Made by a program: the position numbers and the translations under genes
Shown: one piece after another, positions 21,162 to 29,805 of the stretch
How positions within the stretch are numbered: the first letter of the stretch is position 1
Layout: each line of letters opens with the position of its first letter
Source of the DNA: a virus
IMG/VR virus record: IMGVR_UViG_3300042516_003202
DNA length: 64,000 nucleotides
Direction: 5' to 3' (one strand)
The notes under the pieces: generated by a model
Databases searched by the model: none
What the model was told of the DNA's origin: nothing
The model's input: only the letters and a program-made list of their open reading frames with translations

Positions 21162-23045
21162 TTACCTCGTTAACTTACCATTAAAGTAGCTTGAAGTTAT
21201 TGGGAAATTAACTCCTGAAATTTGTTCACCGGAAACAATAGTATCTCTTAGCATATTTATATTAGGTGAACTGGAGTTAACATCAAAAATAACATACAAA
21301 TCTTTGAGACCTATTACATCATTTGATTCTGGGTATGCTTGTATTTCTATAACTCCATTAGGAAGTTCTGTACTAAAAATATTGATTGTATTAATCAATA
21401 TCTCACCAGTTTTATAATTAACTTGTCCTATTGATTTTTTAACAATTTCATATGTCTTTAAATCTTCCAAAGGTTTTACTATTGTTAATGAACCAATGTC
21501 ACTGTTAGGTTCCGGAACATCAACAAAATAGCAAGTAGACGTTTCTCCAAGGATATTAAATCCCGTACTTTTTATATTATATTTACCAATTTCTCTGTGA
21601 AATTGATTACCAAAACAAAGTTCATATTGTGCAAATCTATTCAGCACACAATTTAAATTTCTTCTAATTTTTACTCGGGTAATATTAGAAGTTATAGAAG
21701 TGTCAACACCATCAATCAATTGTAAAACTTTACTATATCTAAATCTTCCACCAAATTTATTTAAGTTTACTGATTTTGAATATGATTCGAGAGTTGATAT
21801 AATTTTAGTTTTAAGATCTGAAGTATTGCTAATTTTATTGGAATCATAGTAAATAGAAGATTCAATTTCAACAAACAGTGTTTTGAGATCAACTATCTTG
21901 TGATTAATTCCAATTGAAGCATATTTTTTCAGTTTATTTAATAAATCTTCTTTGGTAAAATCTGATAATTTATAAGAATTTTTTGGTTTAATGCTTATTA
22001 GAACATTTCCAAATTCTGGCGGGTCTAATTCCTCTCCACCTATTACAGATACAGATTCTGCATCAGGATAAATCATTTTTATAATAGACTCATAATCTCT
22101 TGATGTTACTGCCCTATATTGCGAAGAATATATTCTAGGTGCAAAATATTTGATAGAATCTATAGATTCTATATCACTACCACCAGTTGCCGATGAGTTG
22201 GTTGTAATGGAAATTGAACCAACTGGATTTTGTACAACATCTACTATATTTGTAATAACCCCTGAGAATGAAAATGAAGAAGGACCATTTCCTTCAGGAC
22301 CATCTGTTACAATATAAGTAACTTCAATTATAGAATTATTTTTTAATTTTCTTCCTAAAATTCCATCACCAAATATTAATTCATATTTTTCATCTTCTAT
22401 CTCTTGAATTAAATAAATTTCAGATTTTGAATTGATATCAATGATATTATCAATTAATTTGTACTCAAATCCATCTACTTTTACTTTTATTGTCGAAGTA
22501 TCTATATTTTGATTGTCTAATATAAATTTTTGTTTTATTGAGTTATTTGTAACAAATTGCTTAGTAATAAAAACACCCTGATAAATGTTAATATTTTTAA
22601 AGGAAGCTACTGAAGTATTTTGATTGACATTTGTTAAAATATTTTCTGGTATCGAAAATACATATGAAGTATTGTCCGACGATCCAACACAAACTAATCC
22701 AGATTTTAGGATAAGTTGGGTTGGTAAAGATGAAGTTGATGAAAGTTGAACATCAAATGATATATTTGCTTTTGCACATGTTTTAGATCTCGGTATATAT
22801 CCAACATTTCTTGCTAAAGAAACTACATTATTCCTGAAAGTCGCAGAATCCAGAAAGGATTCGTTGACAATCATGTTTGAATTAAATGCAGTTATGTACG
22901 TATTATACGCTAATACGTCAATTAATACTGAAAAATTAGATCCTTCAAAGTCAAAATCAGTAAACGTAGAGTTTGCTCTAAGGTATGATTTTATTAAAGT
23001 TTTTATTTGATCAAAATCTAGATCTGTAAATTTTGTAAAAGGCAT
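21162..23045 (-). CDS. gp6: baseplate wedge subunit gp6
   Basis: LDFDQIK..FTDFDFEGSNFSVLIDVLAYNTY and RAVTSRDYE motifs. Confidence 0.93.
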   Translation of the reverse strand: MPFTKFTDLDFDQIKTLIKSYLRANSTFTDFDFEGSNFSVLIDVLAYNTYITAFNSNMIVNESFLDSATFRNNVVSLARNVGYIPRSKTCAKANISFDVQLSSTSSLPTQLILKSGLVCVGSSDNTSYVFSIPENILTNVNQNTSVASFKNINIYQGVFITKQFVTNNSIKQKFILDNQNIDTSTIKVKVDGFEYKLIDNIIDINSKSEIYLIQEIEDEKYELIFGDGILGRKLKNNSIIEVTYIVTDGPEGNGPSSFSFSGVITNIVDVVQNPVGSISITTNSSATGGSDIESIDSIKYFAPRIYSSQYRAVTSRDYESIIKMIYPDAESVSVIGGEELDPPEFGNVLISIKPKNSYKLSDFTKEDLLNKLKKYASIGINHKIVDLKTLFVEIESSIYYDSNKISNTSDLKTKIISTLESYSKSVNLNKFGGRFRYSKVLQLIDGVDTSITSNITRVKIRRNLNCVLNRFAQYELCFGNQFHREIGKYNIKSTGFNILGETSTCYFVDVPEPNSDIGSLTIVKPLEDLKTYEIVKKSIGQVNYKTGEILINTINIFSTELPNGVIEIQAYPESNDVIGLKDLYVIFDVNSSSPNINMLRDTIVSGEQISGVNFPITSSYFNGKLTR

Positions 23046-23046
23046 T

Positions 23047-23448
23047 TTATCTTGTTGCCTCTAAAATGTAGGTGAAATTTTGTTTTGGAAACTCTTCGCC
23101 TATAATATCAAATTCAACGTTAATTTCAAAGGAATTTAAATCTGGTGATGGGTCTACATTAATTTTTACATTAGTAACTCTAGGTTCATAATTTTGAATT
23201 GCAAACTCTATTTGTGTTTTTAATAGAGAAGCCGATCCAAAATCAACAAAATCAAATAATGTAGTTCTAACTTCTGTCCCTACTGTTGTATTAAAAAATC
23301 TTTCACTTGGAAGAGTTTGTACAAGATTCCTAATCGATCTTTTAATAGCAGATTCATTAGTTAAAGAGAGAGCATCTTTAGTTACGGGATGCATATCAAA
23401 TGATAAACTAATGTCCTTAAACTTTTTAGATACTCTCGTTATCGCCAT
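23047..23448 (-). CDS. gp25: baseplate wedge subunit gp25
   Basis: FKDISLSF..AIKRSIRNLV..ERFF..NYEPRV; GPW/gp25 family; upstream of gp6. Confidence 0.92.
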   Translation of the reverse strand: MAITRVSKKFKDISLSFDMHPVTKDALSLTNESAIKRSIRNLVQTLPSERFFNTTVGTEVRTTLFDFVDFGSASLLKTQIEFAIQNYEPRVTNVKINVDPSPDLNSFEINVEFDIIGEEFPKQNFTYILEATR

Positions 23449-23472
23449 TAAAGAAAAACTAGTATTTTTCTT

Positions 23473-23480
23473 TATTTATA
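23473..23480 (-). promoter_or_regulatory. T4-type late promoter TATAAATA
   Basis: exact motif 25 nt upstream of gp25. Confidence 0.85.
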
Positions 23481-23489
23481 TGGTTATTT

Positions 23490-23732
23490 TTACCATGAAT
23501 GACCATAAGTGGGTTCTGTTCCATACTCCCAATCATCATAATCATTATCATTGCGAATAGTTTTATGCATTTTTTCACTTAAATTGAATTTATTTTTTTC
23601 AACATCATCATGCATAATTTCTTGAATAACTTTTTTCTTTTCGGTAACAACTTCATAGTCCGTGATAAGTTTTGTGGTTCCCCACATCTGATGCATGTAG
23701 TTTTTATCCCTATCAACTGGTAAATTTGCCAT
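23490..23732 (-). CDS. conserved cyanophage hypothetical protein
   Basis: 80 aa with SD AGGAG; MWGTTKLITDY / DWEYGTEP motifs recalled from cyanomyoviruses. Confidence 0.75.
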   Translation of the reverse strand: MANLPVDRDKNYMHQMWGTTKLITDYEVVTEKKKVIQEIMHDDVEKNKFNLSEKMHKTIRNDNDYDDWEYGTEPTYGHSW

Positions 23733-23800
23733 TTTAGCTCCTGTTTTTGTTAAAAACAGAACTTTTTTTGGAAGGAGGTTGCTATCTCCCCTATGACTAT

Positions 23801-24142
23801 TTAACGATAAAGGTATCTTAAGTTATAATTGTCGGAATTTAAGTATTTTAATATCTCAAGTGCGATTAATTTGGGATTTCCATCACCACAAGTGTATACA
23901 TCTATTGCCAAACACCCATTTTCTGGCCAAGTATGACACGAGACATGACTTTCTGCGAGTGCAATCACAATTGTACACCCCTGAGGAATGAAACAATGCG
24001 AGAAAACGTTCAAAATAGTCATTTTTGCACGTTCAATACCACGTATCATAGCATTTTGAAGCGATTCTAGGTCATTAATCGCTTCAAAATCAACATCGTA
24101 CACCTCTAAGAGCAGGTGATTACCCATCGAAAACTGTTCCAA
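23801..24142 (-). CDS. speD: S-adenosylmethionine decarboxylase proenzyme (pyruvoyl-dependent)
   Basis: GxHLLLE, F.PQG, LAESHVSCHTWPE (E|S autocleavage site) and DVYTCG motifs; TTG start. Confidence 0.9.
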   Translation of the reverse strand: MEQFSMGNHLLLEVYDVDFEAINDLESLQNAMIRGIERAKMTILNVFSHCFIPQGCTIVIALAESHVSCHTWPENGCLAIDVYTCGDGNPKLIALEILKYLNSDNYNLRYLYR

Positions 24143-24162
24143 CGCACAAAAATCGCAAAAAT

Positions 24163-24618
24163 CTATTTATTACGTATTTTTTGGACCATTTCATAGTCCT
24201 GTTCTAGAATTTTCTTCAAATATTCGTCTTCCCACAGATCATAATAGTTGGTTTTTGCTAAAATTGCTCTCATTTTTGTTAAAAATTGAGAATCTTGATA
24301 CAAAATTAGATTATATTTTCCATTATTAGTTTGAACTCCATTAATAAAACTATCTTCATCACGAAAATCGTCAAAAAACTTATATTTTGGGTATAATTTG
24401 TTTAATTCTTCTATTTTTTGATAACCGTATTCGAGATCTAAATCATCTTCGACAATAAAAATAACGACACCAAACTCTTCTTCAAGAGGTTTAATGTCGT
24501 TTATTGAACAATTAACTATTTTATACGTATTTGCCTTTGCGAAGGGGCATACAGAATGCCCCTTTAGATCTGGATGAGATTTTTGAATAGTTTTTATCCA
24601 ATTTTCCAGATCTTTCAT
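24163..24618 (-). CDS. hypothetical protein with CPFA motif (DUF1415-like)
   Basis: 151 aa, HSVCPFAK near N-terminus. Confidence 0.6.
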   Translation of the reverse strand: MKDLENWIKTIQKSHPDLKGHSVCPFAKANTYKIVNCSINDIKPLEEEFGVVIFIVEDDLDLEYGYQKIEELNKLYPKYKFFDDFRDEDSFINGVQTNNGKYNLILYQDSQFLTKMRAILAKTNYYDLWEDEYLKKILEQDYEMVQKIRNK

Positions 24619-24621
24619 ATA

Positions 24622-24777
24622 TCAACCTTTACCTTGACCTCTGTAAGGTTTACGAGCCTTGTTGCGAGACGTCGCAGAATACTTAGTGCCATCTCCATCA
24701 CCCTGCCGAGTTTTCTTCGGAGGACCGGGAATATAAGACTCGCGCTTGTTCAGTCCGCCTTTTGCTTTTGCTGCCAT
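24622..24777 (-). CDS. small basic protein (51 aa)
   Basis: manual translation MAAKAKGGLNKRESYIPGPPKKTRQGDGDGTKYSATSRNKARKPYRGQGKG; fills the gap between neighbours. Confidence 0.8.
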   Translation of the reverse strand: MAAKAKGGLNKRESYIPGPPKKTRQGDGDGTKYSATSRNKARKPYRGQGKG

Positions 24778-24779
24778 AG

Positions 24780-24950
24780 TTATTCTCCTATAATTTCAGT
24801 TTCAAGTTCTTCTGGTTTTGGAGAACCTGTCTTGTAAAATTGAATTGACAGATCCTCCATAGTTTGAAAATATTCTTCCTCTGTAAGATTAGTATAAATT
24901 TTACGCCCCTTACAGAGAATATTATACCTTTCGTCAGATTTGTTAGACAT
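24780..24950 (-). CDS. conserved cyanophage hypothetical protein
   Basis: MSNKSDERYNILCKGRKIY..; ATGA overlap with the upstream stop gives the true start at 24950. Confidence 0.75.
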   Translation of the reverse strand: MSNKSDERYNILCKGRKIYTNLTEEEYFQTMEDLSIQFYKTGSPKPEELETEIIGE

Positions 24951-25711
24951 CAAATAACTCTTGTTTTTTCGTGACCAACTCGGATACGTGGATCGCACCA
25001 AATTTCAAATCCTGCTTCTTTTGCATCCAAACAGAAACTGACATCTTCGCCGCACATATCCTGAACCTCCCCAGATTCAAAAATTTGCATCTTAGGGGCA
25101 AACCATGGATACTTCATTTCAGGGTGTTCAAATACACCATGCTTAATCAGCAACCAACCAAATCCAGTGTAATCTACTGTAAATGGTTTTCTGCGATTTT
25201 TCATGGTTTCTAGAGTTTCATGATTCATGACTCCTCCATTACCACGGAAATCTTCTTCGTCTAACCAGTGAGCAACTGAAGTGGTCATTCCATCTTCTGT
25301 ACAATACCAACCGGCAGCAATATCTTTCTCCATTAAAACTAACTGAAGAAATGTTTGTGTGCTGAATACAATGTCAGAATCTATCCAAAGTTGGTAATCA
25401 TACTGTAGCTTACCGTCCCATGGAAGCTGATCTGGACCTCTTAATACGTTTGCTCCAAGGCACTTGCAGCGAGCAAAATTTACCATGGAACTATAATCTT
25501 GGGAGATTTGAATACTTGCACCAATTTGGACAAGATCAAAACATAATTGAACAAAATTCTTTAAAAATGTGTAAGAAACTCCTCTTCCAGGAAGACAAAA
25601 TACAATTGACTTTCCTCTAAGCATTTCTTTTGCTTTTTCATAATCAAACTCTGGTTCTTGCGAATTTGATGCTGTGGGAGTTTTTGCTTTTATAGTAAAT
25701 CCTTTAGCCAT
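24950..25711 (-). CDS. glycosyltransferase-like (GT-A fold) protein
   Basis: FCLPGR, YSSMVNFARCK, LWIDSD (DxD), GFGWLLIK, GEDVSFC, RIRVGHEK motifs. Confidence 0.75.
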   Translation of the reverse strand: MAKGFTIKAKTPTASNSQEPEFDYEKAKEMLRGKSIVFCLPGRGVSYTFLKNFVQLCFDLVQIGASIQISQDYSSMVNFARCKCLGANVLRGPDQLPWDGKLQYDYQLWIDSDIVFSTQTFLQLVLMEKDIAAGWYCTEDGMTTSVAHWLDEEDFRGNGGVMNHETLETMKNRRKPFTVDYTGFGWLLIKHGVFEHPEMKYPWFAPKMQIFESGEVQDMCGEDVSFCLDAKEAGFEIWCDPRIRVGHEKTRVI

Positions 25712-25760
25712 AATAGAAAGATTTTTACATCAGTATCATACCTTATTATGTATGTGATTG

Positions 25761-25928
25761 TCAATTAGGTGAATTAGAATCCTCAACGGCGACTTTCTCC
25801 ATCTCAAAAAACGTGCCGCTCAAATCTAAGGTTTTCCATATTTCATCAAATTCTTCTTTTGATAAATTTGAATGAATACATGTTCTATCTGCGCGAATGT
25901 CATAGATGTTGTAAGTATACTCATTCAT
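25761..25928 (-). CDS. small hypothetical protein (55 aa)
   Basis: manual translation MNEYTYNIYDIRADRTCIHSNLSKEEFDEIWK..; overlaps the upstream stop. Confidence 0.65.
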   Translation of the reverse strand: MNEYTYNIYDIRADRTCIHSNLSKEEFDEIWKTLDLSGTFFEMEKVAVEDSNSPN

Positions 25929-26094
25929 CCGTAGTATTCTCCGCTAGAATCACTTCATTACCTTCAATATTAAATTTAATTTCAGTGTCCTCATACCAAG
26001 AAAATTCATTTATAATCCATTCTGGTATTGTAATGTAGTATTCGCCAGTGACTGGATCAATTTGCAAGGATTTTATTTCTTTATTTTTTTTCAT
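25921..26094 (-). CDS. AbrB/MazE-like swapped-hairpin small protein (57 aa)
   Basis: manual translation ..QIDPVTGEYYITIPEWIINEFSWYEDTEIKFNIEGNEVIL; pattern fits SpoVT/AbrB domain. Confidence 0.6.
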   Translation of the reverse strand: MKKNKEIKSLQIDPVTGEYYITIPEWIINEFSWYEDTEIKFNIEGNEVILAENTTDE

Positions 26095-26359
26095 TAAAAT
26101 ATTCTTAATTTTCTTTCAATTTTATATATTATTTTTATTTTTTTAGTCAACCTTTTGGGTAAATTTTACTGGGGGAATTTTTTTTACTTTAAGGTAATTA
26201 TAAGTCTTGTTTGGGTAACACTTTATAGATTAGGGGATCCATTGGTTTTTAGCCCCACGGCCGCCGCCATCACGATACCGTTATACGATAATACTGCTGT
26301 TTGGCACGAACGAATGGGGGTGTGGTATCACGATACTGTTATGCCCGCATGTGCCAAAT

Positions 26360-26389
26360 AAAAAAAAGGGAGGGCGTCGCCGCCCCCCT
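26360..26389 (-). terminator. intrinsic terminator closing the early cassette array
   Basis: GGGGGGCG-GCGA-CGCCCTCC stem with GNRA loop followed by T8. Confidence 0.85.
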
Positions 26390-26396
26390 GCTGCTC

Positions 26397-26588
26397 TCAC
26401 TTCACGTCGCCCAGGGCGCTGTTCGTGGTGCTCATGCGGGTGCCGCGTGAACCAGCGGCGCCGCCGTGGGTGCGAACGCGGGTGCTGCCGCCCTTGATCT
26501 GGTTCGCCCAACGGAGGGCGCGGGCACCGTGCGCCACGGGCAGGCGGGTGATGGTGAACTGGATGCCGTCGATGGTGGTGGTGGTCAT
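26397..26588 (-). CDS. early small protein (63 aa, basic)
   Basis: MTTTTIDGIQFTITRLPVAHG..; ATG directly after cassette leader. Confidence 0.8.
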   Translation of the reverse strand: MTTTTIDGIQFTITRLPVAHGARALRWANQIKGGSTRVRTHGGAAGSRGTRMSTTNSALGDVK

Positions 26589-26613
26589 CGGGTGCGGTGC
26601 GGTGTGCTCTGGA

Positions 26614-26642
26614 ATTGTAGACGATGGAGGGGCAGGCGTCAA
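26614..26642 (-). promoter_or_regulatory. sigma70-type early promoter TTGACG-17-TACAAT (type example of cassette)
   Basis: -35 at 26637-26642, -10 at 26614-26619, 17-nt spacer. Confidence 0.85.
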
Positions 26643-26657
26643 CCTGCCCCGCAGGGG

Positions 26658-26918
26658 TCAGGCGGCGATCTGCTGCAGGTCGCCGTTGCGGCGGGCGTCG
26701 CTGATCAGGCGCCCCAGGGAGAGGCCCAGCAGGTCGGGCGAGGAGATCACCTCTGCCAGGTGAGCAGCGAAGGCGGGGGTGGCATCGAACCCGTAGGCAC
26801 GGTCGGCGCTGCTCTGGAAGATGATCTCAACAGCGGTGCCGTCGATCTCAACGTTGGCGATGGCGCTGCTCTGCTCGGTGGTGAAGGAGCGGAAGATGGG
26901 GGCGGTAGCGGTGGTCAT
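26658..26918 (-). CDS. KTSC-like domain protein
   Basis: SSAIANVE..VEIIFQSS..AYGF..SLGRLISDARR resembles the KTSC pattern; cassette context. Confidence 0.55.
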   Translation of the reverse strand: MTTATAPIFRSFTTEQSSAIANVEIDGTAVEIIFQSSADRAYGFDATPAFAAHLAEVISSPDLLGLSLGRLISDARRNGDLQQIAA

Positions 26919-26987
26919 GAGGTGCGGTTGCGTGTGCTTGAGAATTGTACCATGGAAAGGGGGCGCCCTTGGGCACCCCCGTGGGGG

Positions 26988-27230
26988 TCAGAAGTTGTCT
27001 GCCACGTCCCAGCGAATCACCTGCAGGTCAGGGCTGAGGCGGGCGCAGGTCTCCCATGCCTGCTGGGCGGTGGGTGCCATGTAGGCCATGACCTCATGGC
27101 GCTGGCGGCGGGTGTTCCAACCGCTGAACAGGAACTTGTACTCCTGCTCCTCAGCGAACACGTCTTCCCAGTCCTGCTCGGTGGGGATGTACGCTTCGTC
27201 GATCTGGGCGTAGTCGGTGAAGGCGGTCAT
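26988..27230 (-). CDS. early small protein (80 aa)
   Basis: MTAFTDYAQIDEAYIPTEQDW..; cassette context. Confidence 0.8.
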   Translation of the reverse strand: MTAFTDYAQIDEAYIPTEQDWEDVFAEEQEYKFLFSGWNTRRQRHEVMAYMAPTAQQAWETCARLSPDLQVIRWDVADNF

Positions 27231-27299
27231 CGGGTGTGGTGCGGTTTGCTCTGGAATTCTACAGGATGGGAGGGCAGGGGTCAACCTGCCCCTGGAGGA

Positions 27300-27560
27300 T
27301 CAGATGCCTGCCACGGCAGCAGCGATGCGGTCCCGCTTGCGGATCGCGGTGGGCACGATGAACCACAGGTCGCGCTTCCCATTATCGGAGCGGGTGGCAT
27401 CCAGAACGCCTGCCTTCTCAAGGTCGACCATGAGGGCGTGGATGGTGCCCTTATGGCGGCGGGGGTCCATGCCCATGGCGCGAACCAGGTCGCTGCAGGT
27501 CATCGGGCCGTCGTTGATCAGGCGGGTGCGGATCGCGGTGCGGATGATGGAGGTCAGCAT
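27300..27560 (-). CDS. putative winged-helix DNA-binding protein (86 aa)
   Basis: L..DGPMTCSDLVRAMGMD..IHALMVDLEKAGVL..W resembles wHTH; cassette context. Confidence 0.5.
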   Translation of the reverse strand: MLTSIIRTAIRTRLINDGPMTCSDLVRAMGMDPRRHKGTIHALMVDLEKAGVLDATRSDNGKRDLWFIVPTAIRKRDRIAAAVAGI

Positions 27561-27631
27561 CTGAGCGGGGTGCGGTGTGCTTGAGAATTCTACAGCATGG
27601 GAGGGGGCACCCGTGGGCACCCCCGTGGGGG

Positions 27632-27811
27632 TCAGCGGAGGCGCTGCAGGTCGATCAGGCAATCCGCGAAGGAGTTGCTGCCGTTGATCTGCAGCGCCGC
27701 TGCTGCAACCGCTTCCTTGAGGGTCGCTGCCTGGATCGTGAGGATCTCAGACTCGATGCCCTCGGCACCGATCCAGGTGGCGTCAAAGCGGAAGGTGGTG
27801 GCGGTGGTCAT
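27632..27811 (-). CDS. early small protein (59 aa)
   Basis: MTTATTFRFDATWIG..; cassette context. Confidence 0.75.
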   Translation of the reverse strand: MTTATTFRFDATWIGAEGIESEILTIQAATLKEAVAAAALQINGSNSFADCLIDLQRLR

Positions 27812-27879
27812 GGCGCTCTGCCGTTGGTACCTGAGAATTCTACAGCATGGGGGGCAGGCGTCAACCTGCCCCGTGAGGA

Positions 27880-28071
27880 TCAGAAGCGCACTGCCCAGTT
27901 CGGGTCGGTGAGGCAGTTGACCCAGGCGCACCAGGTGCCGTTGCTGCTCACGCAGAACAGGTCGTTACCCTTGCGCTGCTCAACCACCACCACGGGGTCG
28001 CCTGCCATCTGGTTTGCCAGGCGGTTTTTCGCCTTGCTGCTGATCGGGGTCAGGGTCACGGTCATGGTCAT
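27880..28071 (-). CDS. conserved cyanophage small protein (63 aa)
   Basis: PISSKAKNRLANQM..VEQ..W.VRF family; cassette context. Confidence 0.8.
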   Translation of the reverse strand: MTMTVTLTPISSKAKNRLANQMAGDPVVVVEQRKGNDLFCVSSNGTWCAWVNCLTDPNWAVRF

Positions 28072-28099
28072 CGGATCGGTTGCGGTTGAGAGAATTCTA

Positions 28100-28297
28100 T
28101 CAGGGCATGGGGCAGTCACCGAACATCTCCTCCCACAGGTCGATGATGCGTTCGGGTTGGCGTGGAGCAGGTGCCCACTCCAGGGGGCAGGCAACGCCCA
28201 GGCGGGTGATCGGGTGTTCGGTGTAGGTATTGTCGTCGCTGCAGTAGGAGAGGCTCACGTCCTGGTAGGGGGTGCCGATGCGGATGCCAGTCTTCAT
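28100..28297 (-). CDS. early small protein (65 aa)
   Basis: MKTGIRIGTPYQ..; after truncated cassette. Confidence 0.7.
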   Translation of the reverse strand: MKTGIRIGTPYQDVSLSYCSDDNTYTEHPITRLGVACPLEWAPAPRQPERIIDLWEEMFGDCPMP

Positions 28298-28333
28298 GGG
28301 AGGCGGTGCGGTGTGCTCTGGAATTGTAGACGA

Positions 28334-28492
28334 TCAGCGGCGGGTGTCACCACACCATGCAGGGTCTGCCTGGCAGAGTGCTTCGGCGGTCTGCTCCTGG
28401 TAGACGTTGATCGTGGCGTTTGCACGGTGCAGCGTAACGGTGCCCAGCAGCACGGCAAAGGCGGCAAAGGCGGTGGGGAGGATGTGGCGCAT
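28334..28492 (-). CDS. small secreted/membrane protein (52 aa)
   Basis: manual translation MRHILPTAFAAFAVLLGTVTLHRANA..LCQADPAWCGDTRR; hydrophobic N-terminus. Confidence 0.7.
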   Translation of the reverse strand: MRHILPTAFAAFAVLLGTVTLHRANATINVYQEQTAEALCQADPAWCGDTRR

Positions 28493-28546
28493 GGTTGGGG
28501 GGGGTGTAGGTAGGGAGGGAAGGGGGGCGGTTGCCCCCCGCAGAGA

Positions 28547-28741
28547 TCAGAACAGCAGGTTGGCGATGCTCTGGAGAACGTCGCCGTACTCACCCACGAT
28601 GTTGCCAGCAGCGTCGCGAATGTAGGCATAGTCGCCGCTCTCATCGTGCATGGAGAAACAGAGGTCCATGGCACGGTCCAGGTCGGTCACGGTCTCTGCC
28701 TCACCGAGGGCAGGGCAGGCAACGTAGAAGGTGGTGGTCAT
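28547..28741 (-). CDS. conserved cyanophage small protein (64 aa)
   Basis: YVACPALGEAE..DLCFSMHDE..IVGEYG. Confidence 0.8.
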   Translation of the reverse strand: MTTTFYVACPALGEAETVTDLDRAMDLCFSMHDESGDYAYIRDAAGNIVGEYGDVLQSIANLLF

Positions 28742-28809
28742 GAGGTGCGGTGCGGTGTGCTTGAGAATTGTAGCGTATGGAGGGGGCACCCGTGGGTGCC
28801 CCGTGAGGA

Positions 28810-28989
28810 TCAGGCGTCCATCGCCTCCTTCAGTGCCTGGTACGCTGCCAGGTAGTAGTCGGCGTCGGCGTCGTTGCCCTTGAGGCGCTCATCACATGCC
28901 AGGCAGAGCACAGCAGTGCGCAGGGTGCTCCAGCGTGCCTCAGGCAGGGTCACGGTCTTCAGGGTTTGGGGCATCCAGGTGGTGGTCAT
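28810..28989 (-). CDS. early small protein (59 aa)
   Basis: manual translation MTTTWMPQTLKTVTLPEARWSTLRTAVLCLACDERL..; cassette context. Confidence 0.75.
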   Translation of the reverse strand: MTTTWMPQTLKTVTLPEARWSTLRTAVLCLACDERLKGNDADADYYLAAYQALKEAMDA

Positions 28990-29056
28990 GAGTCCTGTGC
29001 GGTTTGCTCTGGAATTCTACAGCATGGGGGGCAGGCGTCAACCTGCCCCGTGAGGA

Positions 29057-29221
29057 TCAGTCAGCGTAGAGGCGGCGGAAGTCCTCCACGAACTCACGTG
29101 CCTGGTCGCCGCTCATGTTGCACACCATCTCACGGGCGACGGTTTCCCAGGAGAATTCGTCTGCCAGGTCATAGATCGCGGAGCGTGCCTCAGAGGCGGT
29201 CAGGCGGGTGGCGGTGGTCAT
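29057..29221 (-). CDS. early small protein (54 aa)
   Basis: manual translation MTTATRLTASEARSAIYDLADEFSWETVAREM..; cassette context. Confidence 0.75.
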   Translation of the reverse strand: MTTATRLTASEARSAIYDLADEFSWETVAREMVCNMSGDQAREFVEDFRRLYAD

Positions 29222-29290
29222 GAGGTGCGGTGCGGTGTGCTTGAGAACTGTAGCGTATGGGGTGGGGCACCCGTGGGTGCCCCGTGAGGA

Positions 29291-29470
29291 TCAGGCGCAG
29301 ATGACCTCTGCCATCTTGTGCAGCAGGGCGTCAACCCGCTCCTGGCAGCGTGCCTTGTAGGCAGGGTGAGCAAGGCGCAGGTCGATCAGGGCCTCCTGCA
29401 GGTGCGCTTCCAGGTAGCGGCGCTGAGCAGCGGCGCTGAGCAGATCAAAGGCGGGGGAGATGGCGATCAT
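29291..29470 (-). CDS. early small protein (59 aa)
   Basis: manual translation MIAISPAFDLLSAAAQRRYLEAHLQE..; cassette context. Confidence 0.75.
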   Translation of the reverse strand: MIAISPAFDLLSAAAQRRYLEAHLQEALIDLRLAHPAYKARCQERVDALLHKMAEVICA

Positions 29471-29537
29471 CGGATCGGTTGCGGTTGCTTGAGAACTATA
29501 GCGTATGGGAGGGGCACCCGTGGGTGCCCCGTGAGGA

Positions 29538-29741
29538 TCAGTCTGCCAGGTTTAACCACAGGGCGTCGGCAACGGCGCTGCCAGCGCCCAGGATGTCGTC
29601 GCGAACGATCATGCGCAGTGCCTCTGCGCCATCGGGCAGGCGGTGGATGGTGCGGATCCAAGAGGCGCCCAGCAGGTTGCCGCGGCCTTCGGAGCACTGG
29701 GCGATCAGGGCAGCAAGGGCGCGAACGTCGGCGTGAGTCAT
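29538..29741 (-). CDS. early small protein (67 aa)
   Basis: MTHADVRALAALIAQC..; cassette context. Confidence 0.75.
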   Translation of the reverse strand: MTHADVRALAALIAQCSEGRGNLLGASWIRTIHRLPDGAEALRMIVRDDILGAGSAVADALWLNLAD

Positions 29742-29805
29742 CGGTCGGTTACGGTTGCTTGAGAACTGTAGCAGGTAAAGGGGGGGCGGTTGCCCCCCGT
29801 GAGGA

